A stretch of DNA of 64,000 nt, from positions 78,308,001 to 78,372,000 of the forward strand of contig NC_045696.1 in assembly GCF_009834535.1 (NCBI RefSeq), written 5' to 3'. This document shows, in pieces, positions 13,344-26,395 of the stretch. Position 1 is the stretch's first letter. Every line of letters starts with the position of its first letter. The DNA is from Camelus ferus (lineage: Eukaryota). A program made the translations under genes and the position numbers. A model generated the notes under the pieces. The model saw nothing but the letters and a program-made list of their open reading frames with translations. It was not told the origin of the DNA and did no database searches.

Positions 13344-13706
13344 TCAGAAAGAGAAAGAAAAATACCATATGATACCACTTCTATGTGGCATCTAAAAAAA
13401 AAAACACAAATAAACTTATTTACAAAATAGAAACAGACTCACAGACACAGAAAACAAACTTATGTTTCTCAGGGAGAAAGGGGGGCAATTTGAGATTTGC
13501 AGATACTCACTACTATATATAAATTAGATAAAGAAACAAGTTTATACTGTATAGCACATGGAACTATATTCAATATCTTATAGTAATTTATGGTGAAAAA
13601 GAGTATGAAAACAAATATATGAATGTATATGCATGACCGGAACATTACACTGTACCCCAGAAATGGACACACTGTAAACTGGCTATACTTCAATTTAAAG
13701 AAAAGG
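13344..13706 (+). mobile_element. Young 5'-truncated L1 (ORF2 end plus 3' UTR), cetartiodactyl type
   Basis: aaataccatatgataccactt...acagactcacagac...tatactgtatagcac...ctatacttcaat plus A-rich tail; 14-bp exact TSD tttatagaatccca (13330-13343 / 13707-13720). Confidence 0.9.
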
Positions 13707-13810
13707 TTTATAGAATCCCAAATGCTAGGAAATGTTTCAATTCAATAGTAGAATAAGCATTTTTTGTGGCATGATTTAGTCTATATCATTCTTATCCATT
13801 AAATTTCACT

Positions 13811-13864
13811 TATTTTCTTCTTTTTTTAGGTAAGAAATATTTTCTTTATTTTTTAGGTAAGAAA
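13811..13864 (+). repeat. 27-bp tandem duplication carrying TAG|GTAAGA
   Basis: tattttcttctttttttaggtaagaaa followed by tattttctttattttttaggtaagaaa (2 mismatches). Confidence 0.9.
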
Positions 13865-14428
13865 TATATTTAAATTGGCTAAAATAGATTGCTATGTCAT
13901 TAGGTACCTGATATATTTATATTATATTATTGAAAAAATGCTTGTATAATAGGAGAAAATAAGATTTCAATCATACCAGGTACTAGTAAGTCTTTTATTA
14001 CAATACTGTGATCAGTTGAAAAATATACAGATTTGAACAAATAAGAAAAATTTAGAGGACTCAAGAGAAGGGCATAAAAATTCTTTGAAGAAAATAAGAG
14101 TTACAAGAAAAGGTCAAGAGAGCCAAAACCAATTTACTAAGAAATTCTGAAGAATGTCTTAGAAACTGTCTTAAAACATACTTTTTATTTTATGCATTAA
14201 ATAGGCAATATCTCTTCTGAGCAATCGCAATTCCCCCTTTTGTACCTCCTTTCACCCAAAAAGAAATAAAAGAAAAGAAAAAAATTCCAATCATCCATGT
14301 GAATTATATTCTGACTTGCAGAAATACAGAGAAAATGAAATTATGTATCATCAGACATTTTCTGGTTAATGTTTCTTTTTAAGATAAATTAATCATTTGC
14401 CTACACTAAATATATCAAATACACGTAC

Positions 14429-14481
14429 CTCCAGGGAAACTACTGTATCATTTCTCTCCTCTTCTTTAAGCCTCTTTGATT
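14429..14481 (-). other. Candidate 53-nt exon (unverified), open as xSKRLKEEERNDTVVSLE
   Basis: Minus strand ACATTTTAG|AATCAAAG...CTGGAG|GTACGT; purine-rich body, strong donor, short pyrimidine tract; protein not recognised. Confidence 0.25.
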
Positions 14482-15099
14482 CTAAAATGTAATTGGTTCC
14501 TTTTCTGAATTATTAGTATAATGGAGTTTCATAAAATTCTAGGATAATTTATAATTAAATGTTTAATTATATTTAAATACTAATGATAAATTTTAAGCCT
14601 TTTATCTTGGCCATATTAGGAAAAATAAGTTCACCTTCCAAAGTTTGTTCATGACAATGACTTTTTACTATTATTGGGAAAATATATATTTTATAATAAA
14701 TATTAACAGGGCATTAGTCAAATTTAGAGATCTTCTCCTGTCCATTGCCATGTATACCAATAAAGTAGCAATTAGTAAATGGCTTCTTATACTTTGCAAT
14801 AGACATTCTGTTAGCTATGAATCTCTAACAACAAGCAAACATTCCTTTAAAAAACTATATTATAGGAAAAAGGTAGTCAACTCTGAACAAATAATTTTGC
14901 TTCTCCTAAGATCTTTATCAACTAGCATGGAGGGCTCTCTTCAAGTCCTTCAACCAAAAATAAATAAAAACTGACATTAAAGTTGACTAAATAATTTGAA
15001 ATGATATGTAAGCAAAAGAGACAGGAAGGAAATTTTCAACTTAAAAATGTTCAGCTACATCATATTTTATAAGCAGACTGGCAAGTTTGATGTTAAAAC

Positions 15100-15345
15100 A
15101 CAGCATAGAATAGTGTTAAGAGCCCAAATTCTAAAGCAAACTTCCTTGTTTAAATTATGACGCCTCCACTGACTTGTCTGTCCTTGTGGAGTTTATCAAT
15201 CTCTCTACATTTCAGTTTACTCTATGCCTCAATTTCCTCATCTGTAAAATGGACATAATAATCGTACCTACCTCACAGGATGGTTGTAAAGATTATGTGA
15301 ATTAATACATGTAAAGTACTTAAAATGAGGTTTGGCACACACTAA
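15100..15345 (+). mobile_element. MIR SINE
   Basis: Core ctatgcctcaatttcctcatctgtaaaatggacataataatcgtacctacctcacaggatggttgtaaagatt. Confidence 0.85.
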
Positions 15346-16654
15346 AACTGGACAGGTATTAACAAATAAGTTTTGCTTTGTCTCTTAATAGCTCATAGAA
15401 ATCTAATGTTTTGACCATATATAATGAAATCATTTTATTATTCCAGGAGTAAAATCCTTGATAATAGGCAAGGCTGAATTTCAGTCACTATGCACTGGTA
15501 GAGTTTTACAAGACATTTAGAACTGACAGTATTCTGAGTAATAGGTGTTCATGCCCTGTTCATGGTTAAACATTTTGCTATCACTCCTGGTTATATAGGT
15601 GGTGACTATGTTCCAAATAAAACTGGATTATCCTGGGAGAGTGTTTTTCAACTAAGTTCTACAGATCCCCTGAGGTTTCATTCTCACACAGGATGAGGGA
15701 GGGTAGGGAGGACAGCTGGGGCAGGTCAGAGGCTTTTATTTTATATATTGTAGCTAAATAAATGACTTCACCTAAAAAGAGGGTCTCATGGTCTTAAATC
15801 AAGCTGAAAATTCACTCCTCTAGAAGTTGCTTTGGAAAAGCATCCTGCACAAAATTTGTCAACCACAGCAGTTTCTTTACAATTACTCCTTTCCCTTCTG
15901 TTCTAAGACCAAATTCTCATTCCCTGACCTCAGATCTCAGATTTTTCTACCCTAAGTCTACGACTATACATTTATATAAAACTTTGCATTAAAGATAACT
16001 TCATATATGTATGAAAAATTACTGTCAGCTGAACAGTGATTCAGACCATCACCCATGTTTGGGATGTCCAGCAAGTCAGTAATTAAGTGCTCCATAACTG
16101 GCAGCTATATTATTTTTACTGCATTATTTAATTTACTTTTCCTAATGAACTTTTAGGGTATTGTCAACTCTATAGAGGAGGCTGAGACTTCAGCTAAGAA
16201 GCTGAAAAAGTACCCCAAGGTCATACCACTAGGATTTGAGGACAGCAATCTTCTCCCCATGATTTTACTGTGCTATTTTGCCTTCCATGAAGAGGGATGG
16301 GAAGAGTCCCAAAGACACTTCTGAGGCAGAATGGAAAGGCTCTAGAGATCACTTAAATGGGATAGTCTTCATGAACTGTGTGTGTGATTCATAATTTACT
16401 TCTCCTCCATTGAGAGGGAAAAAAAAATTGCTAAGGCCCAAAACCTGAGTCTTGGAAAAAAGTAATCATTTTTAATAATTTTATAAATTATTTTCTCTTT
16501 TTTATACGTAAGCCGGCATATTTACAAAAGAAGTTCCTGTTAAATAATCTCATTTAAAGTTGTCTTTAATGCAAAGTTTTGCATCCTGTTTCTTAAAAGA
16601 GGATGATTTGAGTGTGACATCCATCATTCCATTGCAGTCAGTAATAAAAAACAT

Positions 16655-16830
16655 TACGACTTTAAATGATTACATTAGATGTGCCAGGCATGGAGCTGCA
16701 TTCTTCAGATTTACCATTTCATCTACTGTTTACAACCACACTAGATTACAGATGAAGAAACTGAAGCAGAAAAAGGTTAAATAACTTGATAAAGGTGACA
16801 GATCTGTTAAGGGTTCACCTGTGTTCCAAA
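16655..16830 (-). mobile_element. MIR SINE fragment
   Basis: tgtgccaggca...ttacagatgaagaaactgaagcagaaaaaggttaaataacttg (antisense core). Confidence 0.7.
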
Positions 16831-16846
16831 CCCTACTGAGCTCTTT

Positions 16847-16871
16847 TTTTTTAAGTTGAAGTCTAGTCAGT
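16847..16871 (-). mobile_element. Extremely truncated L1 3' tip
   Basis: Minus strand ACTGACTAGACTTCAACTTAAAAAA matches the 3' end of the L1 at 13344-13706 (actggctatacttcaatttaaag); 15-bp TSD cctactgagctcttt / cctattgagctcttt. Confidence 0.8.
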
Positions 16872-17532
16872 CCTATTGAGCTCTTTCTTATTTGCCTATG
16901 TTTCTTCTGTCTACTCCCAACTCCTCCCCAACATAAATTATACTAAGAAGTATGCACAGACACACATGCAAATACAGTGTGTGGATAGCATAAGGAATAT
17001 ACATGAATATAAAAATAAGTGAATATAAATAATTTAGAAAGAAAATTGGACAACTATACCAAGAAAGATTATGGATTATAAAAATATATATTCATATATA
17101 TGAATATATGCAAATGTTAATACTGGTTAAAACTAGCTGATGGGATTATTTATTTCTTATATGTTTACTATTTTCAAAGTTCCTTTAATGAGCATATGTT
17201 ACTTTTATAATTAAAGAAAAAGTCACTTTTTAGAAATTCTATTCTTGTTACAAACACTTGTGATTGATTTATACTCCACTTTTTGGCCTTTCTTGAATTT
17301 TTTCCAAACTATATACTATAATTTTTTATGGAGTATAAATTTTATATTAAAGAAAATTGCATTCTCACTTTACATATTGTTGTTGTTAACTCATTATCTT
17401 GGTTACAGCATAAAGAACAGATTTATCTTATTCAGACTTAGTAAGTGCATAAATGTTCACATATTTTAAAAGATTTCATATATAAAATTTGAAGGAGTTT
17501 AAAATTTGATATATAAAAGTACAACCAAAATG

Positions 17533-18452
17533 TGTAGAGAGATGATAGGAAAAAATATGTGTTTGTGTGTGTGTGTGTGTGTCTGCTCCTGTTTCCGTCA
17601 CAGAGCTCCTAAAACTCCTTGTAATTTCCTAAGTGCTAAGAGCACTAGGAGCATCTTTTGTTCCAGTATTTGGTTCCTGACACAGAGTTTCTAAATTTCT
17701 TGGAATTTCCTGGTTAAGAGCAGTCATTTTTGCTCTGTGAGGGAACTCCTGGTGGGCTCCTTAATGGCTTCTGGATAGAGGCTGGTCATAGGAAAGACCA
17801 AGTGCTGAGTAGGAGCCTGGAATTTCCAGCTCTGCCCCGTTCTCCAGGGATGAAAGAGGGGCTGGAAATGGAGTTAACTGATCATGCCCCCAAAAAAATC
17901 CCACGACTATGGGGTTTGGAGAGCTCTGGGGTTTGGTGAACACATGAGGGTGCTGGCACACCCCAGAGAGGGCAGGGATGCTCTGGGCCTCTTCCCACGT
18001 GCCTTGCCCTACCCATGTCCTCCATCTGGATGTTTAGCTGTATCCTTTTTCATATCCTTTTACAATAAACTGGTAAACAGTAAGAAAAGTGTTTTCCTGA
18101 GTTCTGTGAGCTGCTCTAGCAAATTAATCAAACCCGAGAAGGGGAGGGTTCCATGGGAACACACAGGTGATAACCTGGACTTGGGATTGGCATCTAAAGC
18201 AGGGGAGTAGGGGATGGTCTCATTAGAGCGAGCTCTTAACCAGGGAGATCTGATGCTATCTCCAGGCAGACTGGGTCAGAATTGAGTTACATTGTAGGAC
18301 ACCCAGCTGGTGTCACAGAGAATTGCGTGTTGTGGGGGAAAATCCCCACACATCGAGTGTCAGAAATGTTGTGAGTGTGGTGGTAGTGTCAGAGTAAAAG
18401 AGAAACACAGGAGGAAGATTGTATTTGTTTTTGTTTTTTTTTTCCCTACACA
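17533..18452 (+). mobile_element. MER21-family LTR with (TG)n near the 5' end
   Basis: cacagagctcctaaaactccttg, aataaactggtaaac, ttcctgagttctgtgagctgctctagcaaatta and aggacacccagctggtgtc are MER21 hallmarks; ends tttccctacaca. Confidence 0.85.
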
Positions 18453-20249
18453 TATGCCTAAGGAAAATGATCTATCTGTAAACATATTCAGGTTTTAGAA
18501 TTTTTAGAACTAATTGTTAAACTCATCATGACCCACCACCAAGAGTACATACAGGCTTTGTACTCTCACCCTTTAGCATGCCCTCTCTAGGGCTTGGTCC
18601 CGATGCTCAGAGAAGATTTTCCACCTTCCCTTCCTACAGATGTCCCCCATTTTTCTCATTCTCTTCTCTTCCCTTTTCACTTCTTCACCAAATTTCCAGT
18701 CTACCCACACTCCAATTTGTTACACACAGAAGAGAAAAAAAAGTAATGGGAGCAGGTGGAAGAAAGAAGAAATTATTTTGTTCACCTGAATCATATATTA
18801 ATCTTAATACTTCTCCAAATCCATGCTAATATAGAGAGGAAACCAAGGGGGAAGACAGAGGAGGAGGAAAAGAAAGGAAAACAAAGAGGAGGAGGAGGAA
18901 AAGAAAGTCAGTTGTACCTTCCTCATCCTTCATAACAGCTTAACATTTCCAACTTTGAAATAAAAAAGGAAAAGGATGAAAGTGTCATGTTTAAACTCAG
19001 AAGCTTTTAAAATCTTCGTCGTTCTTCCTAAGACTCATCCATTCACACCAAATAATAAAGCAATCATAGTCATGACACTTCATTTAAAACATGATTCGAG
19101 TTGTTTTTGAGGCAGTTGATGTTAATGGAGAAGTTGACATCTTAAACCACAGCTGTTTCTGTATTATAACCACAGGGCAAAGCAACACTCTGGAAAGGAA
19201 AGAGAGTGTAGATTAAAGCAATGGTGAGGGAGAGAGAGAGGAGAAATGGGGTGTGATACCTCATGGGCAAAAATTGCTGTTAGCAAATCATTATGTAAAT
19301 TGGGCTTTATACCTTAATTGCCTATTTTTTTAAGGAGCAGCTATAGTCACATATAGGTTCTCTCCTCCCTAGATTTTAATCAACCAAGAATTATCAATGA
19401 ATATGGTTAAGGAATTTAAAAATTCCAATTAGATTTAAAAGAAACTGAATCTGTTGGTTAATCTGTGTCTGTACACAGATTTACATTACATGTGTTTCTG
19501 GAAAAATAATTTATCCGTGTATCGATGCCAAATAAGCATAGTTCAAATCATTCAGCATCCTCTCAATATTCTTCAAACAGCCACTGGAAAAAGTTTCATT
19601 ATGCGTGTTAACAGCTTGTTTTGTTCTAGTTAGTATAAGTATTTACCTAGTGGCTTATTTAAGTTTGCAAATGACAGGACTAACTAAATACCAGGAAAAA
19701 AGGCAATAGTTCCTCTAAAAATAAAGTCATTTGGTGATTAATGATATTCTTAATATAAATTTACTTTTCACTCATTAAAAGTAACATTTTTTTTAAAATG
19801 ATTGCTGTCTTAGGCAGGAACCACAGACACACCCAGCACATACACAAATCTCTCTTGAGTCTAGAAATACCACAGGCTGAAAGCATGTATTAGTCACTAC
19901 TCAAGCTGATTCTATATGCTTCACAATACAAACAAAGAAGCAGACAGGGTTTAGAGTGGAATAAACATCCAGTTGGAGGTGTGATAGCCTGGAGAAATAG
20001 AAAGGATTAATGGGGAGCAGTATGGAAGTTTGGCTCTTCAGGGAAAAGAATATCTGTTTTATTTACATAATCTTTCATCCCTCTTGGAATCCACCGGACT
20101 GCTTTTTGTAGGGCAGATGTATACTTCTCAGATAAAATTAAGCCCCAGTACAGAAGTACAGTCACAGTGCAACCATTAGGCCCGCACCTTTACACTGTGC
20201 TCTGTCAGCTGTCTCATTTGAAAAGGAGCCAGTATTGTAATTCAGTTCT

Positions 20250-20367
20250 TTTATTTAATAAATATTTATTGACCACTTATATATTCCAGAACTGTCCTCA
20301 GTCCTGGGAATATAAAAAATGAAAACAATTGGCATGGTCTCTGCCCACCTGGAACTCACAGTCTCTA
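20250..20367 (-). mobile_element. L2 LINE 3' end fragment
   Basis: atttaataaatatttattgaccacttatatattccagaactgtcct...catggtctctgccc...gaactcacagtct. Confidence 0.7.
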
Positions 20368-21441
20368 CTTTTGTCTTTTTGGGCACAATTTGGTTAAAGC
20401 ATAAAAGTTCTGGAAGAGCAATAAAACTATTTGTCTATTCAGATGCTTGCCCTAGGGCTGATTAAAACTTCAGTTTGTTTACATCCTGTTCAGCCTGATA
20501 GTCCACCGTGCTGCCTACAAAACTGCCTACAATCTCATGCATGCTTACTTGACCTCCAGAACCGAATTATCAATGTGGGTATTTTCTGTATGGCTGCCTC
20601 AAGATTTTGGTAATTTTCACAGCTGGGAACTGGAATAAATTCCCAAACAAATGAAAACAATGTTTGCTGGAGCCTCTGAGGACCCATGCCACATCCTAGA
20701 GTTCAACAGAAGTAAAATTTAAAACTTGGGTTATTAATATTTACATTTTTATATCTTCGTTGGGACCCAGAAAGGAATTAAAACATTTCAGTGTCACACA
20801 CTGAATTTTGGTGGACCTGTAACCATGGTTTGGTATACTTCATTTAAGACTGTGCCACTGATTCATCATTTGACGAGTGCTAGTGATTTCCCTGTTGGAA
20901 AATGGTGTTCCAGTGTGGTTATCCATACACTTGCATCCCAGGAAATACAGCAAATCCAATTAGTACACACATAAGGGCTTGGTCTTACTAATATTACATT
21001 CTAATAAGTTAAGATGAACACTCATTTCTAGCTTAAGTAGCTGCTTTTATAATCAACAGTAGTTCGGTCACTGAATCAAGGTAAACACATAGGAAATGCT
21101 ACTTCCTCACAGCTTCCAGAAACACAAGACAGTACTTAAAAGAAGACACACTAAAAGCTGAACTTATATTAAAACAAATAATTGTGAATATAACTAAAAT
21201 GCAATGTGTAGGCTCAATTGCTTCTAGTACTTCATAAAATACAAGAACATCCTGCTATATATTATGATCCAAAGATATAAGATAGTTTTAAGAAATTATG
21301 ACTAATTGTTTTGCAAAACCCTTTCAAATTCTTCAAAATTCTTACTTTTTAAAATACTAATTGCAAAAAAATTTATCCATGAATCCAATTAAGTATAAAA
21401 GTAGAGGATTACCTCTACTTATCATATGTACCCTACACAGT

Positions 21442-22033
21442 TGTATTAGTTTTTTATTGTTGCATAACACAGTTCCACAAACTTAACAGCTTAAAACAAC
21501 ACACATTACTATCTGTCTCTTTGGTTCAAAAGTCTGAGTTTTGCTTAGCTTGATCCTTCCCCCTAAAGGAGGTGTTACACATATGAAGGTGTTAGACATA
21601 CTAAAGTTCTCATTTGGAGCTAGGAGTTCTCTTCCAAGTTCATTTAGCCTGTTGGCAGAATTTAGTTCCTTGTGGTTATAGGACTGAGGACCTCAATTTC
21701 TTGTTAGCTGGCAACCAGGGATTGATCTCAGCAACTAGAAGCTGCCCATATTTCCTTACCGCATGGCCCCCACAGGCAGCTTACAACATGGATGTTTGCT
21801 TTTTTCTAGGACAGCATGAAAGCCTCTTTCTGACTCCCATTCTTCAGTTCCCCCTCCAGATCGCACAGTAGTGACTATCCCATCACTTTGTTATATAAGG
21901 TAACCTAATCAAAGGAGCAACTATCTCACCGTATTTGAAGGATCTGCCCACACTTGAGGGGTGAGGATTATTCAAGGTAGGTACACCAGGAGGCAGGAAT
22001 CTTGGGGGCCATCTTAGAATTCTGCCTACCACA
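21442..22033 (-). mobile_element. MLT1E-like MaLR solo LTR
   Basis: tgtattagtttttt attgttgcataac...gcttaaaacaacac...gttggcagaatttagttcctt...gggggccatcttagaattctgcctaccaca. Confidence 0.85.
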
Positions 22034-22929
22034 ATGCTGTCCCATTTACAACATGACTGGAAACAGTGAAGCCCATAGGGATGACTTCTAGGCATCTGAT
22101 GAATGCTTTTTAGAAATTATTAGTTAGCCTAACAACATTATTACTGTCATAGTCAACAATCATTATTAACCCCAACTATGAAGGAGAGGACAGAAACAGA
22201 AAGATGTCACGTCAGCTTCAGAGAGCTTTTAAGTCACTCAGGGAAGGCACTGGGAACAGAATCCAGCATGCCTGTACTCAGTCTGTTTCCCTTGCTTTGC
22301 ATTATGGCACAATTCCTATATTAAGTAAAGGCAGATGGCAACCCGATGGTAGTGTACCAGCTCTGAAGGAAACTGGCAAATACTTTTCTTTTAAAGGGCA
22401 ATTAATTCATTAAAACCAAATTGACGGTAAAGCAAGTTTTCATAATTTCCCAAATTAGCTGAAATTTTTTAAATGGTGTCTATTTTGAAAATTAAAGTAT
22501 TTTTTTGTTTTTGTCTTTGTTTTTTAACAAAGAGAAAGGGGAAAATCCTGAAGCCTGAATAAGGAGACGTCTGGCCACAGCACAAAAGTCACAAGAGAAA
22601 TACAGCCAATATACCTCAAACTTTTTGCCTCCCTCTTTTTCTCTCCTGTTTCCCTCTCTTTCTCTCCTTCCACCCTACTAATTGCCGTAATAATAAAAAA
22701 ATATTTTATTAATTAAATTAATGAAATAAATGTTCTCCAATTGAACAGTTGTATCTCCTGGACAAATAGGTCAGCTCTATGTTCAGGTTTTTTTACATGA
22801 AGAAGAGGAACAATATGAGTGCTAAACTCTCCTCCGACTTTAAAGTTCTAAAGTTCTACGACAGTAATTTAAGTTCCAGACAATCACAAAACTATAGAGC
22901 CCAGGAGTCAGATTGGGAGGAAGGAAAAA

Positions 22930-23125
22930 TAACAGCTGGGTGATCCCTACTATGTGTCAGCCCTGCTCCAGCAGCTGGCACAACACTAACTCTTCCAATA
23001 GCCTCAACAGCCACAGGGAGCATTAGCATCCCTGTTTTACAGGTGCCAAAGCCAAGGCAGGTGAAGAGTTCAGTGATTTACCCAGTCACACAGCTAGTAA
23101 GGGCATGTCTTGAACCTGGGAGGCC
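22930..23125 (-). mobile_element. MIR SINE
   Basis: cctactatgtgtcag...cctgttttacaggtg...tttacccagtcacacagctagtaa...ttgaacctgg. Confidence 0.65.
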
Positions 23126-24248
23126 CTTGATAAAGGTTTGTTGAGCAGGAGACTGAATTAGCAAATTAATAAACAAATAAACAGTGCAGTGCCAAAGGCT
23201 AAAAGACTCAAGGGAACATTTATCCTTCAAATGCTGTAGGTTTAACTGGACAGTAAAAAGCAAATGTTTTCAGTTATTTCAGTAAAGTTATTTTATAAAT
23301 AACCCTGCAAAATACCAGTAAGGGAATGGGTTGGTTTGACATGACATTCAGCAGTCATTTCTATGCTTTTAAAGCAATGATTCAGCAAGCTTACAATTTT
23401 TTAAAAAGCTACATTTTCACATTTTTTGTTATATTTTTGTGATTCAATCAGTTCAACAAAATCTGTGAAAAACCTGCATGACAAAGTTAGGTCAATGGCA
23501 AATTAAATGTATCATGATCCATACATATTTTTAATACTTTTTCCTATGTATCAGTATAGAGAAATCCACTGAGTGATCCAGTTTACCTAGGTACAGGTTC
23601 CACTACTCCTATTTAGATTTTGGAAATGCAGAATTAAACCTGGAATGAGTTCTTCAACCAGGCAAAGAAGATAGATGTTAACTTAATAATGTTTTATCTT
23701 ACAAACATAATTACATGAACTAAACTTTCAAAATCTAGATATCTTAATAACAAATATCACTTAGAACTATAACATTAATCTTACATAAAAATAACCATCT
23801 AAAAGTAAACTTGATATAAACACACACAACTCACTGAAATCACATACTACCTTCAATTTTAATGACTGACTAAACCATAGTTAGTTTTATTTTGGTATTT
23901 TAAAATAATCATGAATCTTTCTTCTAAGACAGTTGTTTAATTTACTCTTCTTTCATGCTGGAATACAAGTAAAATTGACCAGAAAGTGTTAAATTGGGAT
24001 TAAAAGTGTTCCTCTTATTTTTTTAGTCAAATAACTACTTGAAGATGTATTCTGTAATGGACATAGAGCAGTAATTTTTGCCCTCAAGGTATTTACAGTT
24101 TTGTAATGAAGATAATACAAGCATGTAAATTACAGTAATACAAAGCAGTACTAGAACGAAGGTTAAAGAAGTGCAACGGGCTGTGTAGGGAAGGTGCAAT
24201 CCTAACCACTTCAAAATAACGTTCCCTTATTCATTCAACAAATCTCTT

Positions 24249-24638
24249 TGTTACGGATGGAGTTGTGTACCCCTCCAAATTCGTATGTTGAAGTCCTAAC
24301 TTCCAGTACTTTCATGTATAACTGTATTTGGAAACAGAGCCTTTAAAGAGGTAATTAAGTTCAAATGAGGTCACATAAGGGCCCTAATCCAATATGACCG
24401 GAGTCTTATAAGAAGAGAAAGAGACACCAGGGATGCGCACAGAGAGAAAAGGTCAAAGGAGGACACAGTGAGAAGGCAGCCAAGGGCAAGCTAAGGAAAG
24501 AGGCCTCAGAAAAAAAGCCAACCCTACTGGAACCTTGATCTTAGACTTCCAGTCCCCAGACTGTAAGAAAGTGAATTTGTGTTCTTTAAGTCACCCCATC
24601 GTGTTATTTTGTTCTGGCAGGTCTAGCAGACTAATACA
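24249..24638 (+). mobile_element. MLT1B-like MaLR solo LTR
   Basis: tgttacggatggagttgtgtacccctccaaattcgtatgttgaagtcctaac...gactaataca; 5-bp TSD ctctt / ttctt. Confidence 0.9.
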
Positions 24639-24756
24639 TTCTTCCTCACAGGAAAAAAATAATGTTAAGTTTAATATAGCAAAGTCAATAAACCTTGAAC
24701 CACAGATTCTACTTTTTCCTGTAGAATTAATTAATTTACAGTACTGAACAAGTCTC

Positions 24757-24969
24757 TAAGGGGTCACAAACATAAGCACTATTGGGCAGGCAGATTAATG
24801 AGTGAAGTGTCTGGGATTAATAAACTAGGGAGTGGTGGGGACTGCAGCTAACTGCGGAGTTCATGGTCAGGATGAAAATGCTTATGCTTCTCAACTTTAA
24901 TATATGATGTAGATGAGAGCAAAACATAGCTCTCTGGATACAGCTTAAGGGCTGTCAGTTGCAACTCTG
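24757..24969. mobile_element. MER102-like hAT-Charlie remnant
   Basis: aggggtcacaaac...aatgagtgaag...tagggagtggtggggactg...gtcagttgcaactctg resembles recalled MER102 ends. Confidence 0.55.
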
Positions 24970-25739
24970 GCCTAGATCTCAGTTTTTTCATATATACCCT
25001 TTATTAAATAATGTCTAAAGTTCTTCCCAGCTTCATCTTTTTAAAAGTCTGTCATAACAATCCTTTCTCTATTGCAGGCATTAAAGAGAGGAAAAATTAG
25101 GGATTCCCAGAAAATGTTTTGCATGATACTGCAAATTACTGAGTAATCCTCAGTTTAATCAAATTCTTTCTCAGAAATTAATTAATATTGAATGGCATGA
25201 AAAAATTATGAGCTTTTCAATAATAATATTCCACTCTTGGCAGCCTACCTCAGTTTCACAATTTCCAATGCAGTTAGCTAGTTATTATTATCCATACTTT
25301 ACAAATTAGCAAAGCTGCATGTCCCACAGGCATTTCAAACACAAATAGTCTGAAATTAGGTAGATGGAAGCCACCAGAAGGGGCATCAGCTTTGGAGCCA
25401 GGTTGAACCTCCACTCCGACATTCATTAATTTTGTGACATTTAGCAATGTCATTTAGCCATGATGCTTCATTACTAGTTTACTCAATATAAAATAAAGAT
25501 GAACATTTATCTCATGGGCTTGTTATGAGAACTGTGAGAAAATACACATTAAAGCAACCTATTTCAATGCATAGCTGAGAAAAAAAAGTCCCAAAGTGGG
25601 AGGACGGGCAGCAGTAGTGATAGCAGTAGTAGCAAACACCAGCAACCATAATAACAGCAGAAACATGCCATCACATCTCAGGGCCCCTTTCAACTTGTGC
25701 CCACATTATTAAGAAAAGATATAAAAACCTGAATTTTTT

Positions 25740-26395
25740 CTTTCTTTGACCTGCTTCTTGGCATATATACCCTTTACTTCAGTGAACATCATTCACCCAG
25801 GTGATGAAACCACACACAAATCTTCCTTAGCCCCATCCTCTCTCTCACCCTTGCTTCTCCTTACTCCCACATCTGCCTGTCACCGAAACCTACTGAGTTG
25901 CTCCCTTTCACTGGAGATCCATTCTTTTCCTTTCCCCATCATTTCCACTGCTCTTGCCTGAATACCTTTTTGCCAGAGTAAGCAATGGCTTCTTAATTGG
26001 CCTCTCGGATTCATTCTCTCTCTCCCCTCACCCAAATTCATCCCGTTTTCTTGCCACGTTAAGCAAACAACAAAAAATGCTGAATATATGCCTCCTACGC
26101 TTACATTCTGCTAGAACCATAATGTTGCTATTGTTGTCTTTAGTGAAGTCCAAACTCCTCTGAAATGGCTGTGTGCTTTAGTGGGAAAGCCACAGACTTT
26201 AATCCTTTGCAGTAAGTTCAAATTCCAGTTCTGCCATTTAATAGTTGCATGAGCACCTCATATTACTATTTCTTCAACTAGATTAAGTTCTTTTTTAAAA
26301 AAGGACCTTGCCAGGTATGACATCCCCAGAGTCATTCTTAGTGTCCAGAACAAAGAAGACAGTAAAAGTTTGCTCAGTGAATGAATGAGATCAGT
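25740..26395 (+). mobile_element. Degraded L2 LINE fragments
   Basis: Pyrimidine-rich L2 ORF2-like text (gcaatggcttcttaattggcctctc; aagtccaaactcct) ending tgctcagtgaatgaatga. Confidence 0.5.

Noticed and set aside
21399..21420. 9-bp perfect hairpin AAGTAGAGG-atta-CCTCTACTT
   Set aside because: Isolated and too short for a miRNA or snoRNA; about one such stem is plausible by chance in 64 kb.
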